From assembly GCA_039817205.1 (NCBI GenBank), contig JBCBWG010000001.1:1-36957 (forward strand): a stretch of 36,957 nt of DNA. The letters run 5' to 3'. The position numbers were made by a program, and so were the translations under genes. Positions 17,512 to 26,838 of this stretch are shown in pieces (positions within the stretch are counted from its first letter, which is position 1; each line of letters opens with the position of its first letter). The notes under the pieces were generated by a model. That model was not told the origin of the DNA, ran no database searches, and saw only the letters and a program-made list of their open reading frames with translations. Source of the DNA: Pseudomonadota bacterium. GTDB lineage: Bacteria; Pseudomonadota; Alphaproteobacteria; Rhizobiales; Hyphomicrobiaceae.

Positions 17512-18024
17512 ATGACAGAGGGTGGTGAACACAAGCCGCCCCGGGGAGGACCTGTGACCTTGAAATCTTGTTTCGCCGCGCTGGCACTGACTTGCGCAAT
17601 GGGTGTTTCACCGACTTTGGCTGGCAGCGCGGTTGCTCCAACCGATGTGAAAATGGTCGATGGTGAAGTCGCCGGATCACTGACCACTGAGCCGGGCGAT
17701 GCAAGCCGTGGGCGTAAATGGTTTGTCGGCCGAAAACTTGGCAATTGCCTGGCCTGCCATGTGAATACCGAGACCTCGGAAGAGCAGTTCCACGGCGAAG
17801 TCGCCCCGACGCTTGACGGCGTCGCTGACCGCTATGAACCAGCGCAATTGCGCGCGATCCTGATCAATTCGAAAGCAGTGTTTGGCGAAGAGACGTTGAT
17901 GCCTGCTTTTTATCGGGATGGCGGTCTCAGCCGGGTGAACAAAAAGTTCGTCGGCAAAACTATTCTCAAAGCCCAGCAGGTCGAAGATATTCTGACCTAC
18001 CTCCTCACGTTGAAAGACGAATAG
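17512..18024 (+). CDS. soxX: Monoheme cytochrome c SoxX
   Basis: Single CLACH heme motif. Signal-like LKSCFAALALTCAMGVSPTLAGSA. Start ambiguous: GTG 17449, ATG 17458, ATG 17512, GTG 17554, or TTG 17560 after the GGAGGA at 17545-17550. Confidence 0.85.
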   Translation: MTEGGEHKPPRGGPVTLKSCFAALALTCAMGVSPTLAGSAVAPTDVKMVDGEVAGSLTTEPGDASRGRKWFVGRKLGNCLACHVNTETSEEQFHGEVAPTLDGVADRYEPAQLRAILINSKAVFGEETLMPAFYRDGGLSRVNKKFVGKTILKAQQVEDILTYLLTLKDE

Positions 18025-18071
18025 GTCTCAAAAGCCCAACAAACGAGCGCTCAAGAGCGAGGGAGAAAACG

Positions 18072-18527
18072 ATGAAATTCACAAAGCGCGAGCTTTTTGC
18101 ACTGACGGCGGGATCAGCCGCAGCGCTGACGGGACTGTCAGCTCTTGCCCCGGTGGCCGCCAAAACCACAGATCTTGACGACGCCATCTCAAAGTTCGCT
18201 GGCGGCAAGGCGGTCAAGGAAGGCCGCGTCTCACTCACGACACCTGAAATCGCTGAGAACGGAAACACGGTCCCGGTCTCCGTCGATGTCGAAAGCCCAA
18301 TGACGGATGCCGATCACGTCTCGGAAGTTTTGCTCCTGGCCGACGGCAACCCACGCCCGGGCGTCGCGAAATTCAAGTTTACGCCCATGAGTGGTGAAGC
18401 TTCAGCAACCACCCGTATCCGACTGGCGAAAACACAAAACGTCGTTGCTGTTGCGAAGATGAGCGATGGCTCAGTGTTCATGGCGAAGAGCCTGGTCAAA
18501 GTCACGATTGGCGGATGCGGCGGATAA
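18072..18527 (+). CDS. soxY: Sulfur-carrier protein SoxY
   Basis: Signal peptide (KRELFALTAGSAAALTG; an RR-less Tat-like leader). The invariant C-terminal GGCGG swinging-arm motif. Confidence 0.95.
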   Translation: MKFTKRELFALTAGSAAALTGLSALAPVAAKTTDLDDAISKFAGGKAVKEGRVSLTTPEIAENGNTVPVSVDVESPMTDADHVSEVLLLADGNPRPGVAKFKFTPMSGEASATTRIRLAKTQNVVAVAKMSDGSVFMAKSLVKVTIGGCGG

Positions 18528-18591
18528 AGGCATCTCGCCCCCAAAACGCCTGAAACCAGACCAGACACACCCATTCTAAGGATTGAAACCC

Positions 18592-18915
18592 ATGGCACGC
18601 CCACGCGTCAAAGTCCCGAAAACCGCCTCCGCCGGTGAAGTCATCACGATTAAAACGCTGATGAGCCACAAAATGGAATCCGGCCAGCGCAAAGACCGCA
18701 AGACCGGCGAGATTATTCCGCGAATGATTATCAATAAATTCAATGCGACCTTCAATGGCACAGAGGTTTTCTCGGTAGATATTGAACCGGCCGTTTCCGC
18801 GAACCCATTTCTGCAATTCAGTGTGAAGGTTCCTGAAAGCGGCGAGTTTCATTTCAAGTGGGTGGACGATAGCGGCAAAGTCTTTGAAACGAAGAAGAAA
18901 ATTACAGTTGGCTGA
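18592..18915 (+). CDS. soxZ: SoxZ, partner of SoxY
   Basis: ATG at 18592, 9 nt after AAGGA. MARPRVKVPKTASAGEVITIKTLMSHKMESG matches the typical SoxZ N-terminus. Confidence 0.9.
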   Translation: MARPRVKVPKTASAGEVITIKTLMSHKMESGQRKDRKTGEIIPRMIINKFNATFNGTEVFSVDIEPAVSANPFLQFSVKVPESGEFHFKWVDDSGKVFETKKKITVG

Positions 18916-18979
18916 TCGAGGCATCGGACGCGACGAAAATCAAAGATAAGCAGCTCCCAAGGGCTGCGGGAGGAAGCAA

Positions 18980-19894
18980 ATGGAACAACGCGGTTTTCCG
19001 ACCAAATCGAACGGGGCAAGAGGGTTTCAGTCGAAGCTTCGACCTCTCGCGATCATGACCGCCGGTTTCGTCGCGTTTGCGGGCGCCGGGATCACGTACG
19101 ATGCGCTTCAAGCTGAGCCAAATGACAACGAGCTTGTCATCGAGGGCCAGAAAATGGTGACGAAGTTCGTGCCACCGGAAGGCGGCCCGCTTGACGTGGT
19201 CTATTCCGGCTGGCGCTTCCGCAATGCTGCAACGCAACAGCAGCAGATGGACGACTTTGAAAACCCAGCGTTTCCTCTCGTCGATCTCGGACAAGAGCTT
19301 TGGACCAAGGTCGATGGCGCAGCTGGAAAATCCTGCGCGTCCTGCCATGACAAAGCAGAAGCCTCGATGAAGGGCGTCCGCGCAGAGATGCCGAAGTACC
19401 ATAAGGCCGCCGGCAAGCCGCAGGCGATGGAGCAGCACGTCAACCACTGCCGGACAGACCGGATGCAGGCGGAGCCCTGGAAGTGGGAATCGAACCAGAT
19501 GCTGGGCATGACCGCCTACATCGGGCTGCAGTCCCGCGGCATGCCCGTCGCCGTCAAAACCGACGGGGACTACAAAGCATTCCACGACCTCGGCAAGAAG
19601 ATCTACTACACGCGTGTCGGCCAGCTCGACATGTCCTGCGCCGGTTGCCACGAAGCCAACTACGGCAAGATGATCCGCGCTGACCACCTCAGCCAGGGTC
19701 AGATCAACGGCTTCCCGCTCTATCGCTCCAAATGGCAGAAGGTCGGGTCCGCCCACCGCCGTTTCAAAGGCTGCATGAAGAACATCCGCGCGAAGCCATA
19801 CAAGGTCGGGAGCGATGAGTTCGTTGCCCTCGAACTTTACGTGGCCTCACGCGGTCTCGGTCTCTCAGTTGAAACGCCTGCCGTGCGCAACTAG
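18980..19894 (+). CDS. soxA: Diheme cytochrome c SoxA
   Basis: GGGAGGA SD motif. Two heme motifs, CASCH and CAGCH, plus the distal Cys in RRFKGC. Confidence 0.9.
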   Translation: MEQRGFPTKSNGARGFQSKLRPLAIMTAGFVAFAGAGITYDALQAEPNDNELVIEGQKMVTKFVPPEGGPLDVVYSGWRFRNAATQQQQMDDFENPAFPLVDLGQELWTKVDGAAGKSCASCHDKAEASMKGVRAEMPKYHKAAGKPQAMEQHVNHCRTDRMQAEPWKWESNQMLGMTAYIGLQSRGMPVAVKTDGDYKAFHDLGKKIYYTRVGQLDMSCAGCHEANYGKMIRADHLSQGQINGFPLYRSKWQKVGSAHRRFKGCMKNIRAKPYKVGSDEFVALELYVASRGLGLSVETPAVRN

Positions 19895-19920
19895 GCCGCT
19901 GTCGCCTCGTTGGACGGGAC

Positions 19921-19942
19921 GCGTCGTGGACCGCCACGACGC
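19921..19942 (+). other. GC-rich hairpin in the soxA-soxB spacer
   Basis: GCGTCGTGG-accg-CCACGACGC, a 9-bp perfect stem. No U-tract follows it. Confidence 0.5.
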
Positions 19943-20001
19943 AAAGGAACTGGCGGCGCACTGAAGTGCCGTCAGTCACCGACGACACATCAAACACTGT
20001 G

Positions 20002-20044
20002 AGGTCTCCAGCGCGGCACCCCGTTTGCGGCGCACGGGAGACCT
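20002..20044 (+). other. Long-range hairpin in the soxA-soxB spacer
   Basis: AGGTCTCC (20002-20009) pairs with GGAGACCT (20037-20044) around a 27-nt GC-rich interior. Confidence 0.4.
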
Positions 20045-20091
20045 GTATCCCGACCTGACGCACGACGCGAAGCAAAGAAGGGTCCAAACCA

Positions 20092-21789
20092 ATGGTGTCG
20101 AGACGCGAGTTTCTTCAGGCAGCCGTCGCCGTTGGCGCTCTTGCTGGCGGAGCTGGCACGGGGTCATGGCAAGCGCTTGCCGCGCGCCAAGCTCTGATGT
20201 CTGAAGCCGATCTTCTTGCGTTTCCAGCCACCGGCAACGTCTCGCTCGTCCACATCACGGACCTGCACGCGCAGCTCAACCCCATCTATTTCCGCGAACC
20301 CTCGATCAACGTTGGCGTCGGCGAAGTCGCAGGAAAGCCGCCGCATGTCACCGGCGCTGATTTTCTGAAGCTCTACAATCTCAAACCCGAAACGCCGATG
20401 GCCTATGCGCTGTCGTCCGAGGATTACGTCGCGCTTGCAAATGCCTATGGCCGCATGGGCGGCATGGACCGCGTCGCAACGGTGCTCAAATCGATCCGCG
20501 CTGAACGCGCCGACAACATGCTGTTTCTGGATGGCGGCGACACCTGGCAGGGCAGCTACACATCGCTCGTCACAAAAGGCCAGGACATGGTCGACGTGAT
20601 GAACCGCCTGAAGCCCGATGCGATGACGGCGCATCGGGAATTCACGTACGGAGCGGAGCGGGTCCAGGAAATCGTCGACGACCTGCCCTTCGCGTTTCTC
20701 GGCCAGAACATTTTCGACAACGAGTGGGACGAGCCCGCGTTTGAAGCCACAAAAATGTTCGAACGAGGCGGCGTCAAAATCGCCGTCATCGGCCAAGCAT
20801 TTCCTTATATGCCGATCGCAAACCCGCGTTGGATGTTCCCGAAACTTTCGTTCGGCATTCGCGAAGCGCAGGTTCAAAAGAACGTTGATGCCGCGCGGAA
20901 AGCTGGCGCTGAACTGGTCGTGCTCCTCTCGCACAATGGCTTCGATGTGGACCGCAAACTCGCCGGCCGGATCAAAGGCATCGATGTGATCCTCGCCGGT
21001 CACACGCACGATGCACTGCCTGAGCCGGTGATTGTCGGGCGCACGTTAATCGTCGCCTCGGGCTCGCACGGCAAATTTCTGTCGCGCTTGGATCTCGAAA
21101 TCAGCGGCGGCGAAGTCAAAGGCTACAAGTTCCGACTGATCCCGATTTTCTCCGACGTCATTTCGCCGGATGCCGAAACGGCGAAACAAATCGCCGACAT
21201 TCGCGCGCCGCACGAGGCGAAGCTGAAGACGGTGCTCGGCAAGACGGATTCGTTGCTCTACCGCCGCGGCAACTTCAACGGCACCTTCGATGATCTCATT
21301 TGCGATGCGCTTCTCGAAGAGCGCGACGCCGACATCGCATTGTCGCCCGGCTTCCGCTGGGGCACGACCGTTCTGCCCGGCCAGGACATCACCGTTGAAG
21401 ACGTCTACAGCGCGACCGGCATGACTTACCCGAATGCCTATCGCCTTGAGATGACGGGCGCGCGTCTCAAAGAGATCCTCGAAGACGTCGCCGACAACTT
21501 GTTCAATCCGGACCCTTACTATCAGCAAGGCGGCGACATGGTGCGCGTCGGTGGCATGGGCTACCGCATCGATGTCGGCGCCAAGATGGGCAGCCGCATC
21601 TCGGATATGACGCTCCTGAAAACTGGTCAGCCACTGGATGCGGCGAGGTCGTACACGGTGGCCGGTTGGGCGTCCGTCAACGAAGGCACCGAAGGCCCAC
21701 CAATCTGGGACGTCGTCAGTGCTTACGTGAAGCGCAAAGGCACGATCGCCCTCAAACCAAATACCAGCGTGAAGGTCGACGGCGTCTGA
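20092..21789 (+). CDS. soxB: Thiosulfohydrolase SoxB (dimanganese 5'-nucleotidase-fold)
   Basis: Tat signal SRREFLQAAVAVGALAG. Metallophosphoesterase motifs HITDLHAQ, GGDTWQG and SHNG. 565 aa. Confidence 0.95.
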   Translation: MVSRREFLQAAVAVGALAGGAGTGSWQALAARQALMSEADLLAFPATGNVSLVHITDLHAQLNPIYFREPSINVGVGEVAGKPPHVTGADFLKLYNLKPETPMAYALSSEDYVALANAYGRMGGMDRVATVLKSIRAERADNMLFLDGGDTWQGSYTSLVTKGQDMVDVMNRLKPDAMTAHREFTYGAERVQEIVDDLPFAFLGQNIFDNEWDEPAFEATKMFERGGVKIAVIGQAFPYMPIANPRWMFPKLSFGIREAQVQKNVDAARKAGAELVVLLSHNGFDVDRKLAGRIKGIDVILAGHTHDALPEPVIVGRTLIVASGSHGKFLSRLDLEISGGEVKGYKFRLIPIFSDVISPDAETAKQIADIRAPHEAKLKTVLGKTDSLLYRRGNFNGTFDDLICDALLEERDADIALSPGFRWGTTVLPGQDITVEDVYSATGMTYPNAYRLEMTGARLKEILEDVADNLFNPDPYYQQGGDMVRVGGMGYRIDVGAKMGSRISDMTLLKTGQPLDAARSYTVAGWASVNEGTEGPPIWDVVSAYVKRKGTIALKPNTSVKVDGV

Positions 21790-21879
21790 GCCGCCGCCTT
21801 GTCGGAGATTGGGGCGGAGATCTGGACTTTTTCGCCAATCGCATTGTCGAACACGGCAACCCAATTGGGAGACGAGCAA

Positions 21880-23166
21880 ATGAGCAAAACGGGGAAGGCG
21901 GACGCCAGCATCGACGTGCCAACGCGTCGCCGCTTTTTGACTGGAACGGCTGCGGCCGGTGCGGCCGTGGTCGCCGGTGCGGGAGCTGCCAAGGCTGGAA
22001 CACCGGATCCGGCGATCGTCGAAAAGCAGGACTGGAACCAGTATCTTGGTGCGGGTGTCGACGCGCGTCCCTACGGCACGCCGTCCGAGTTCGAGAAGAA
22101 CGTGGTCCGGCGCAACGTGGCTTGGCTCACCGCGTCGACCGAAAGCTCGGTGAACTTCACACCGCTCCATGAACTCGACGGGATCATCACGCCGAACGGG
22201 CTCTGCTTTGAGCGCCACCACGCTGGCATCGCGGAAGTCGAACCGGCCAAACACCGCCTGATGATCAACGGCCTCGTGGACCGCCCGCTCGTCTTCACCA
22301 TGGACGACCTGAAGCGGTTCCCGCGCCAGAACCACGCCTACTTCCTCGAATGCGCTGCGAACTCAGGCATGGAGTGGCGCGGTGCCCAGCTCAATGGCTG
22401 CCAGTTTACGCACGGCATGGTGCACAACGTGATGTACACGGGCGTGCCGCTGAAACTGTTGCTCGCCGAAGCGGGTCTGAAGACCAATGCAAAATGGCTG
22501 ATGCCTGAAGGTGCGGACGCATCGGGCATGAACCGCTCCGTTCCGCTGATGAAAGGTCTTGATGACTGCCTCGTTGCCTGGGCGATGAACGGCGAAGCGC
22601 TTCGACCGGAACAGGGCTATCCGCTGCGCCTCGTTGTGCCCGGTTGGGAAGGCAATATGTGGGTGAAGTGGCTCCGCCGCATCGAGGTCGGTGATGAACC
22701 CTGGCACACACGCGAAGAAACATCGAAATACACCGACTTGCTTGAGAACGGAAAAGCACGTCGCTTCACGTGGGAGATGGATGTCAAATCCGTCATCACC
22801 AATCCGTCGCCGCAAGCGCCACTGAAACACAAAAGCGGTCCGACCGTTTTGACCGGCCTCGCTTGGTCCGGCCGCGGAACGGTGGCGCGTGTTGATGTCA
22901 GCGTCGATGGCGGAAAAAACTGGCGAGCAGCCCGCATTGATGGGCCGAGCCTCTCAAAGTCGCTGCATCGCTTTTATTATGACTTCGATTGGGATGGCTC
23001 GCCGCTTCTTCTGCAATCCCGAGCGATCGACAGCGAAGGCCAAGTGCAGCCGACGAAGAACCAGCTTCGCGCGGCGCGGGGCACCAACTCCATCTACCAC
23101 AATAACGGCATCCAGACGTGGCACGTCCGCGCCAACGGTGAGGTTGAAAATGTCGAAGTTTCTTAA
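21880..23166 (+). CDS. soxC: Sulfane dehydrogenase molybdopterin subunit SoxC
   Basis: From the ATG at 21880 the product begins MSKTGKADASIDVPTRRRFLTGTAAAGAAV, a Tat signal. Sulfite-oxidase-family core (FERHHAG, LECAANS, GYPLRLVVPGWEGNMWVKWL). Confidence 0.92.
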   Translation: MSKTGKADASIDVPTRRRFLTGTAAAGAAVVAGAGAAKAGTPDPAIVEKQDWNQYLGAGVDARPYGTPSEFEKNVVRRNVAWLTASTESSVNFTPLHELDGIITPNGLCFERHHAGIAEVEPAKHRLMINGLVDRPLVFTMDDLKRFPRQNHAYFLECAANSGMEWRGAQLNGCQFTHGMVHNVMYTGVPLKLLLAEAGLKTNAKWLMPEGADASGMNRSVPLMKGLDDCLVAWAMNGEALRPEQGYPLRLVVPGWEGNMWVKWLRRIEVGDEPWHTREETSKYTDLLENGKARRFTWEMDVKSVITNPSPQAPLKHKSGPTVLTGLAWSGRGTVARVDVSVDGGKNWRAARIDGPSLSKSLHRFYYDFDWDGSPLLLQSRAIDSEGQVQPTKNQLRAARGTNSIYHNNGIQTWHVRANGEVENVEVS

Positions 23167-23818
23167 AGCGGCAGCACTCACCGCGGCCGTGTTTGCCATC
23201 GGCGCGGTCGCACAGGCTGAGACGACCGCCAAGCAACTGGGCCTCGGTCGCGCCGCGCTCCCGGCGGAAGTCAAAGCCTGGGACATCGACATCCGTCCCG
23301 ACGGCCAGGGCCTACCGCCCGGCAAAGGAAAGGTCTCGGACGGCGAGCAGATTTATGCCGAGCAGTGCGCGGCCTGTCATGGCGATTTCGGTGAAGGCAA
23401 AGATCGCTGGCCGGTGCTTGTCGGTGGCAAGGATACGCTTGAGACCGACGATCCTGTCAAAACGATCGGGTCCTACTGGCCGCATCTTTCGACAGTCTAT
23501 GATTACATTTATCGCGCGATGCCATTTGGAAATGCACAATCACTGACGCCCGACGAAGTCTACGCAATAACCGCCTATCTGCTCTACATGAACGAGATTG
23601 TGGATGATGAGGATTTTGTTCTGTCGAACAAAAACTTCGCGTCAATCAAACTGCCGAACCAGCCAAATTTCATCGCTGACCAGCGGCCCGATACACCGAC
23701 GAAGGCGCAAGCCGCGCCATGCATGACGAACTGCAAATCGGATGTGAAAATTACGATGCGGGCGCGCGTGCTCGATGTCACGCCGGAGAGCAGCAAAAGC
23801 GGCGCAGAGGTGGACTGA
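23150..23818 (+). CDS. soxD: Short, monoheme SoxD cytochrome c subunit
   Basis: The ATG at 23150 overlaps the soxC end by 17 nt. Signal peptide MSKFLKAAALTAAVFAIGAVAQA. One CAACH motif. 222 aa. Confidence 0.85.
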   Translation: MSKFLKAAALTAAVFAIGAVAQAETTAKQLGLGRAALPAEVKAWDIDIRPDGQGLPPGKGKVSDGEQIYAEQCAACHGDFGEGKDRWPVLVGGKDTLETDDPVKTIGSYWPHLSTVYDYIYRAMPFGNAQSLTPDEVYAITAYLLYMNEIVDDEDFVLSNKNFASIKLPNQPNFIADQRPDTPTKAQAAPCMTNCKSDVKITMRARVLDVTPESSKSGAEVD

Positions 23819-24141
23819 TGGCTCGGCACCTTTTGCAACTCGCGGTGATGGCAGTCGGTATTGCGGGCTTTCCGATCCTGTCGCCAGCAAAAGCAGACGG
23901 CGACCCGGCTTATGGCGAGTATCTGGCTGGTCAGTGCACGGCCTGCCATCAAAAATCCGGGAAAGACAAAGGAATTCCGTCCATCGTCGGATGGAATCCG
24001 GAAGCGTTTGTCATCGTAATGAACGCCTACAAATCCAAAGAACGTGAGCACAAAGCGATGCAAACAATCGCGAGTTCTCTTGGTGACGAAGAAATTGCAG
24101 CTCTGGCTGCCTATTTCGCGCAACTGAAACCGCAAGACTGA
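23818..24141 (+). CDS. Small monoheme c-type cytochrome (SoxE/FccA-like partner of SoxF)
   Basis: TGATG overlap with the soxD stop. Signal peptide. One CTACH motif. 107 aa. Confidence 0.8.
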   Translation: MARHLLQLAVMAVGIAGFPILSPAKADGDPAYGEYLAGQCTACHQKSGKDKGIPSIVGWNPEAFVIVMNAYKSKEREHKAMQTIASSLGDEEIAALAAYFAQLKPQD

Positions 24142-24190
24142 GTCATCGGTCGCGTTTCAGACATAAGAAAAAGCTCGGGAGGAGAGCACA

Positions 24191-25447
24191 ATGACAAAAA
24201 TGACCCGAAGACATTTCGGTCAGCTTCTGGGCGGCACTGCCGTCACGACGCTTGCCATGCCGTCAATTGCGCGCGGTGCTCAGCCGAAGGTTGTCGTCAT
24301 CGGTGGCGGTGCTGGCGGCGCAACGGCTGCCCGCTACATTGCCAAAGGCGCCATCGACGTCACGCTGATCGAGCCGTCGAAAACCTATTACACGTGCTTC
24401 TTTTCAAACTTATACCTCGGTGGGTTCCGCGATTACGCCTCCATCGGGCATAGCTACGTAAAACTCGCGAACGAAGGCATTGGCGTTGTCCACGAATGGG
24501 CCGACACAATCGATCGCGACAAAAAACAGGTCGTCCTCGGCTCAGGCGCGAAAATCCGCTACGACCGCCTCGTCGTCTCCCCGGGCATCGACATCAAGTA
24601 CGACAGCGTCGCCGGTTACTCACCGGAAGCGGCATCAAAGATGCCACACGCCTGGAAGTCGGGCACGCAGGTCGCACTCCTGAAAGCGCAGGTTGAAGCG
24701 ATGCGCGAAGGCGGCACGTTTGTCATGGTCGCCCCACCAAACCCCTATCGCTGCCCGCCGGGCCCGTACGAGCGGATCTCAATGATCGCTCACATGCTCA
24801 AGCAGAAAAACCCGACGGCAAAGATCGTCGTCCTCGACCCGAAAGAGAAGTTCTCGAAACAGGCGCTGTTCCAGGAAGGTTGGGAGCGGCACTACGCGGG
24901 CATGGTCGAATGGGTTCCGGGCTCAATCGCAGGTGATATCGAAGTTGACGCCGCCAACATGGTCATCTCGGCCGACGGCGAGAAAACCAAGGCTGATGCG
25001 GCAACGGTGATCCCAGCGCAAACGGCCGGTCGCATCGCCCACAAGGCAGGCCTCACGAACGACAAGGGCTGGTGCCCGATCGTGCCAGGCACGATGCAGT
25101 CGACGATGGACCCCAACATTCACGTCATCGGCGATGCGTCGGTTGCGTCGGCCATGCCGAAGTCAGGCTTCTCAGCCAACAGCCAGGCCAAGGTCACCGC
25201 CATGGTCGTTCGCGGCGAACTGACGGGCGCAAAGATGTTCCCAGCGCGCTTTGCCAACACCTGCTGGAGCCTGATCGGCACCAACGACGGTGTGAAGGTT
25301 GGTGCCGCCTACAAGGCCGGTGCTGAGAAAATCGAAGTGACCAGCAAGTTCATTTCGAAAACCGGCGAGGACGCCGACCTGCGCAAGACGACCTACGAAG
25401 AATCGATTGGTTGGTACTCCGGCATCACCAACGACATGTTCGGCTAA
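24191..25447 (+). CDS. soxF: Flavoprotein SoxF (flavocytochrome c sulfide dehydrogenase FAD subunit family)
   Basis: Tat signal MTRRHFGQLLGG. FAD fold VVVIGGGAGGATAARY. 418 aa. GGGAGGAG SD motif. Confidence 0.9.
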   Translation: MTKMTRRHFGQLLGGTAVTTLAMPSIARGAQPKVVVIGGGAGGATAARYIAKGAIDVTLIEPSKTYYTCFFSNLYLGGFRDYASIGHSYVKLANEGIGVVHEWADTIDRDKKQVVLGSGAKIRYDRLVVSPGIDIKYDSVAGYSPEAASKMPHAWKSGTQVALLKAQVEAMREGGTFVMVAPPNPYRCPPGPYERISMIAHMLKQKNPTAKIVVLDPKEKFSKQALFQEGWERHYAGMVEWVPGSIAGDIEVDAANMVISADGEKTKADAATVIPAQTAGRIAHKAGLTNDKGWCPIVPGTMQSTMDPNIHVIGDASVASAMPKSGFSANSQAKVTAMVVRGELTGAKMFPARFANTCWSLIGTNDGVKVGAAYKAGAEKIEVTSKFISKTGEDADLRKTTYEESIGWYSGITNDMFG

Positions 25448-25470
25448 GCGGATCGCGCACTCAAACAAGA

Positions 25471-25496
25471 GGCCCGGAGGACACGTCCTCCGGGCC
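25471..25496. terminator. Strong hairpin between convergent soxF and the second YeeE gene
   Basis: GGCCCGGAGGA-cacg-TCCTCCGGGCC, an 11-bp perfect stem. On the minus strand it is followed by CTCTTGTTTGAG. Confidence 0.7.
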
Positions 25497-25555
25497 AATT
25501 CAAAACTGAAAAGAGTGGTGGAGCATCGCACGCTCTGGACCGGCAGCCGCCTAGT

Positions 25556-26629
25556 CTACTCCGCTGGAACCAGAGCAGCACTTTGGCGGGCAGGAAAGCG
25601 GACCGACTGCGCCAAGACCGCTCCCGCAACAATCGACACCAACGCTGCAAGCGCTGCGAAGCTCATCGTGGAAACACCTGCAAGCCCGGCACCGAGTGTG
25701 CATCCGCCAGCGAGCACGCCACCAACGCCCATTAGAACACTGCCGCCAAGGTACCGCTCAACGGGCGTGTCCGCCTCAAACCGCTCAATCCGAAACTCGC
25801 CGCTGAGCAGCGCTGACACGCCAGCGCCGACCAGCACACCGCCGATCAAACCCACGCCGAAACCCGGCGTAATCGCGGTACCAGCAACGAGCCAGAATAG
25901 CGTCTCTGTGGACGAAGACGTCAGCGCCAAGCTCTCGAACGGGATCGGGTCGAAGTCATCGGCAAGAACGACACCCGTCCCATACCAACCGGCAACCACT
26001 AGCGCGCCGATGCCAACGCCCATCGCTAGATCGCGCGCACGTGCGCCGGAGCGGGTTGCGAATACCGCCAGCAGGATTGCAAGCGCTACACCCCAGACGG
26101 CAGCACCACCGGGCAGCGCCGCGAGTGACGTTATCGCACCGAAGTCAACCGAAACACTCGAAACCCAGACGCGCGTTGGCGCGAGTGCCCCTTTGAGCGT
26201 CGCGTGCGCGGCGATGGCAAAGACGACGAGACTGACAAGCGCGCGGAGGTTGCCGCTTCCGGCGAGCACCGTCAGCCGCGAGGCGCAGCCGCGCGTCAGG
26301 ACCATGCCAACGCCAAACATCAAGCCACCGATGACAATCGCCAGCAGCGGGACGTTTGAACCGAGAAACCGATGCTCGGAGAAATCGAGTACGCCGCCCG
26401 AAACCAACAGCGATGTAGCGAGAACAGATGTTGCGAGGGCCGCCGCCCAAGTACCAAGCGCCGGCAGCCGTTCCGTCTCGGGTCCCGCCACGCCACGTCG
26501 CAAACAAAACCGCGCGCGCTGTGCGAGCACACCGAACGCGCCACCGAGCAATAGGCCGAAGAGCAAAGCGCGGGTCAGAGGCGCGACGTCCTCCCAACCC
26601 GCAAATCCGAGATTGAGCTCAGAAATCAT
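25556..26629 (-). CDS. Second YeeE/YedE-family sulfur-compound permease
   Basis: 357 aa polytopic protein with the same three Cys motifs as the first copy (RFCLR, TRGCASR, AGGCTLGAG). Confidence 0.85.
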   Translation of the reverse strand: MISELNLGFAGWEDVAPLTRALLFGLLLGGAFGVLAQRARFCLRRGVAGPETERLPALGTWAAALATSVLATSLLVSGGVLDFSEHRFLGSNVPLLAIVIGGLMFGVGMVLTRGCASRLTVLAGSGNLRALVSLVVFAIAAHATLKGALAPTRVWVSSVSVDFGAITSLAALPGGAAVWGVALAILLAVFATRSGARARDLAMGVGIGALVVAGWYGTGVVLADDFDPIPFESLALTSSSTETLFWLVAGTAITPGFGVGLIGGVLVGAGVSALLSGEFRIERFEADTPVERYLGGSVLMGVGGVLAGGCTLGAGLAGVSTMSFAALAALVSIVAGAVLAQSVRFPARQSAALVPAE

Positions 26630-26838
26630 GGGGCTTCCTTCCGAACAGGAACGCGCGCGACCAACCAGGCCTGCGCGAATTTGTTCGAAAATGATGGATT
26701 TGGCAGCTCACCGGAAGACCTCAAATATCGATCAAGCAGCTGGTGATAGAAAAAATTGCTCGCACGACGCGCGCTCGAAGAACTTGTTTCTGACGGCCGA
26801 TCGCGCGCCCTCCAACCCTCTCAGACAGGTGCCAACCC

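Noticed and set aside
18902-19756. 284-aa minus-strand ORF
   Set aside because: It is antisense to soxA, which has heme motifs in the plus frame. This is a GC-rich shadow ORF.
21046-22335. 429-aa minus-strand ORF
   Set aside because: It is antisense to soxB/soxC, which carry unmistakable motifs. The product is Arg/Asp/Val-rich with no recognisable domain.
26630-26838. Sigma-54-like GG...GC element (tggtgatagaaaaaattgct) in the divergent promoter region
   Set aside because: The GG-to-GC spacing is 14 nt instead of 10, so it is not a valid -24/-12 promoter.
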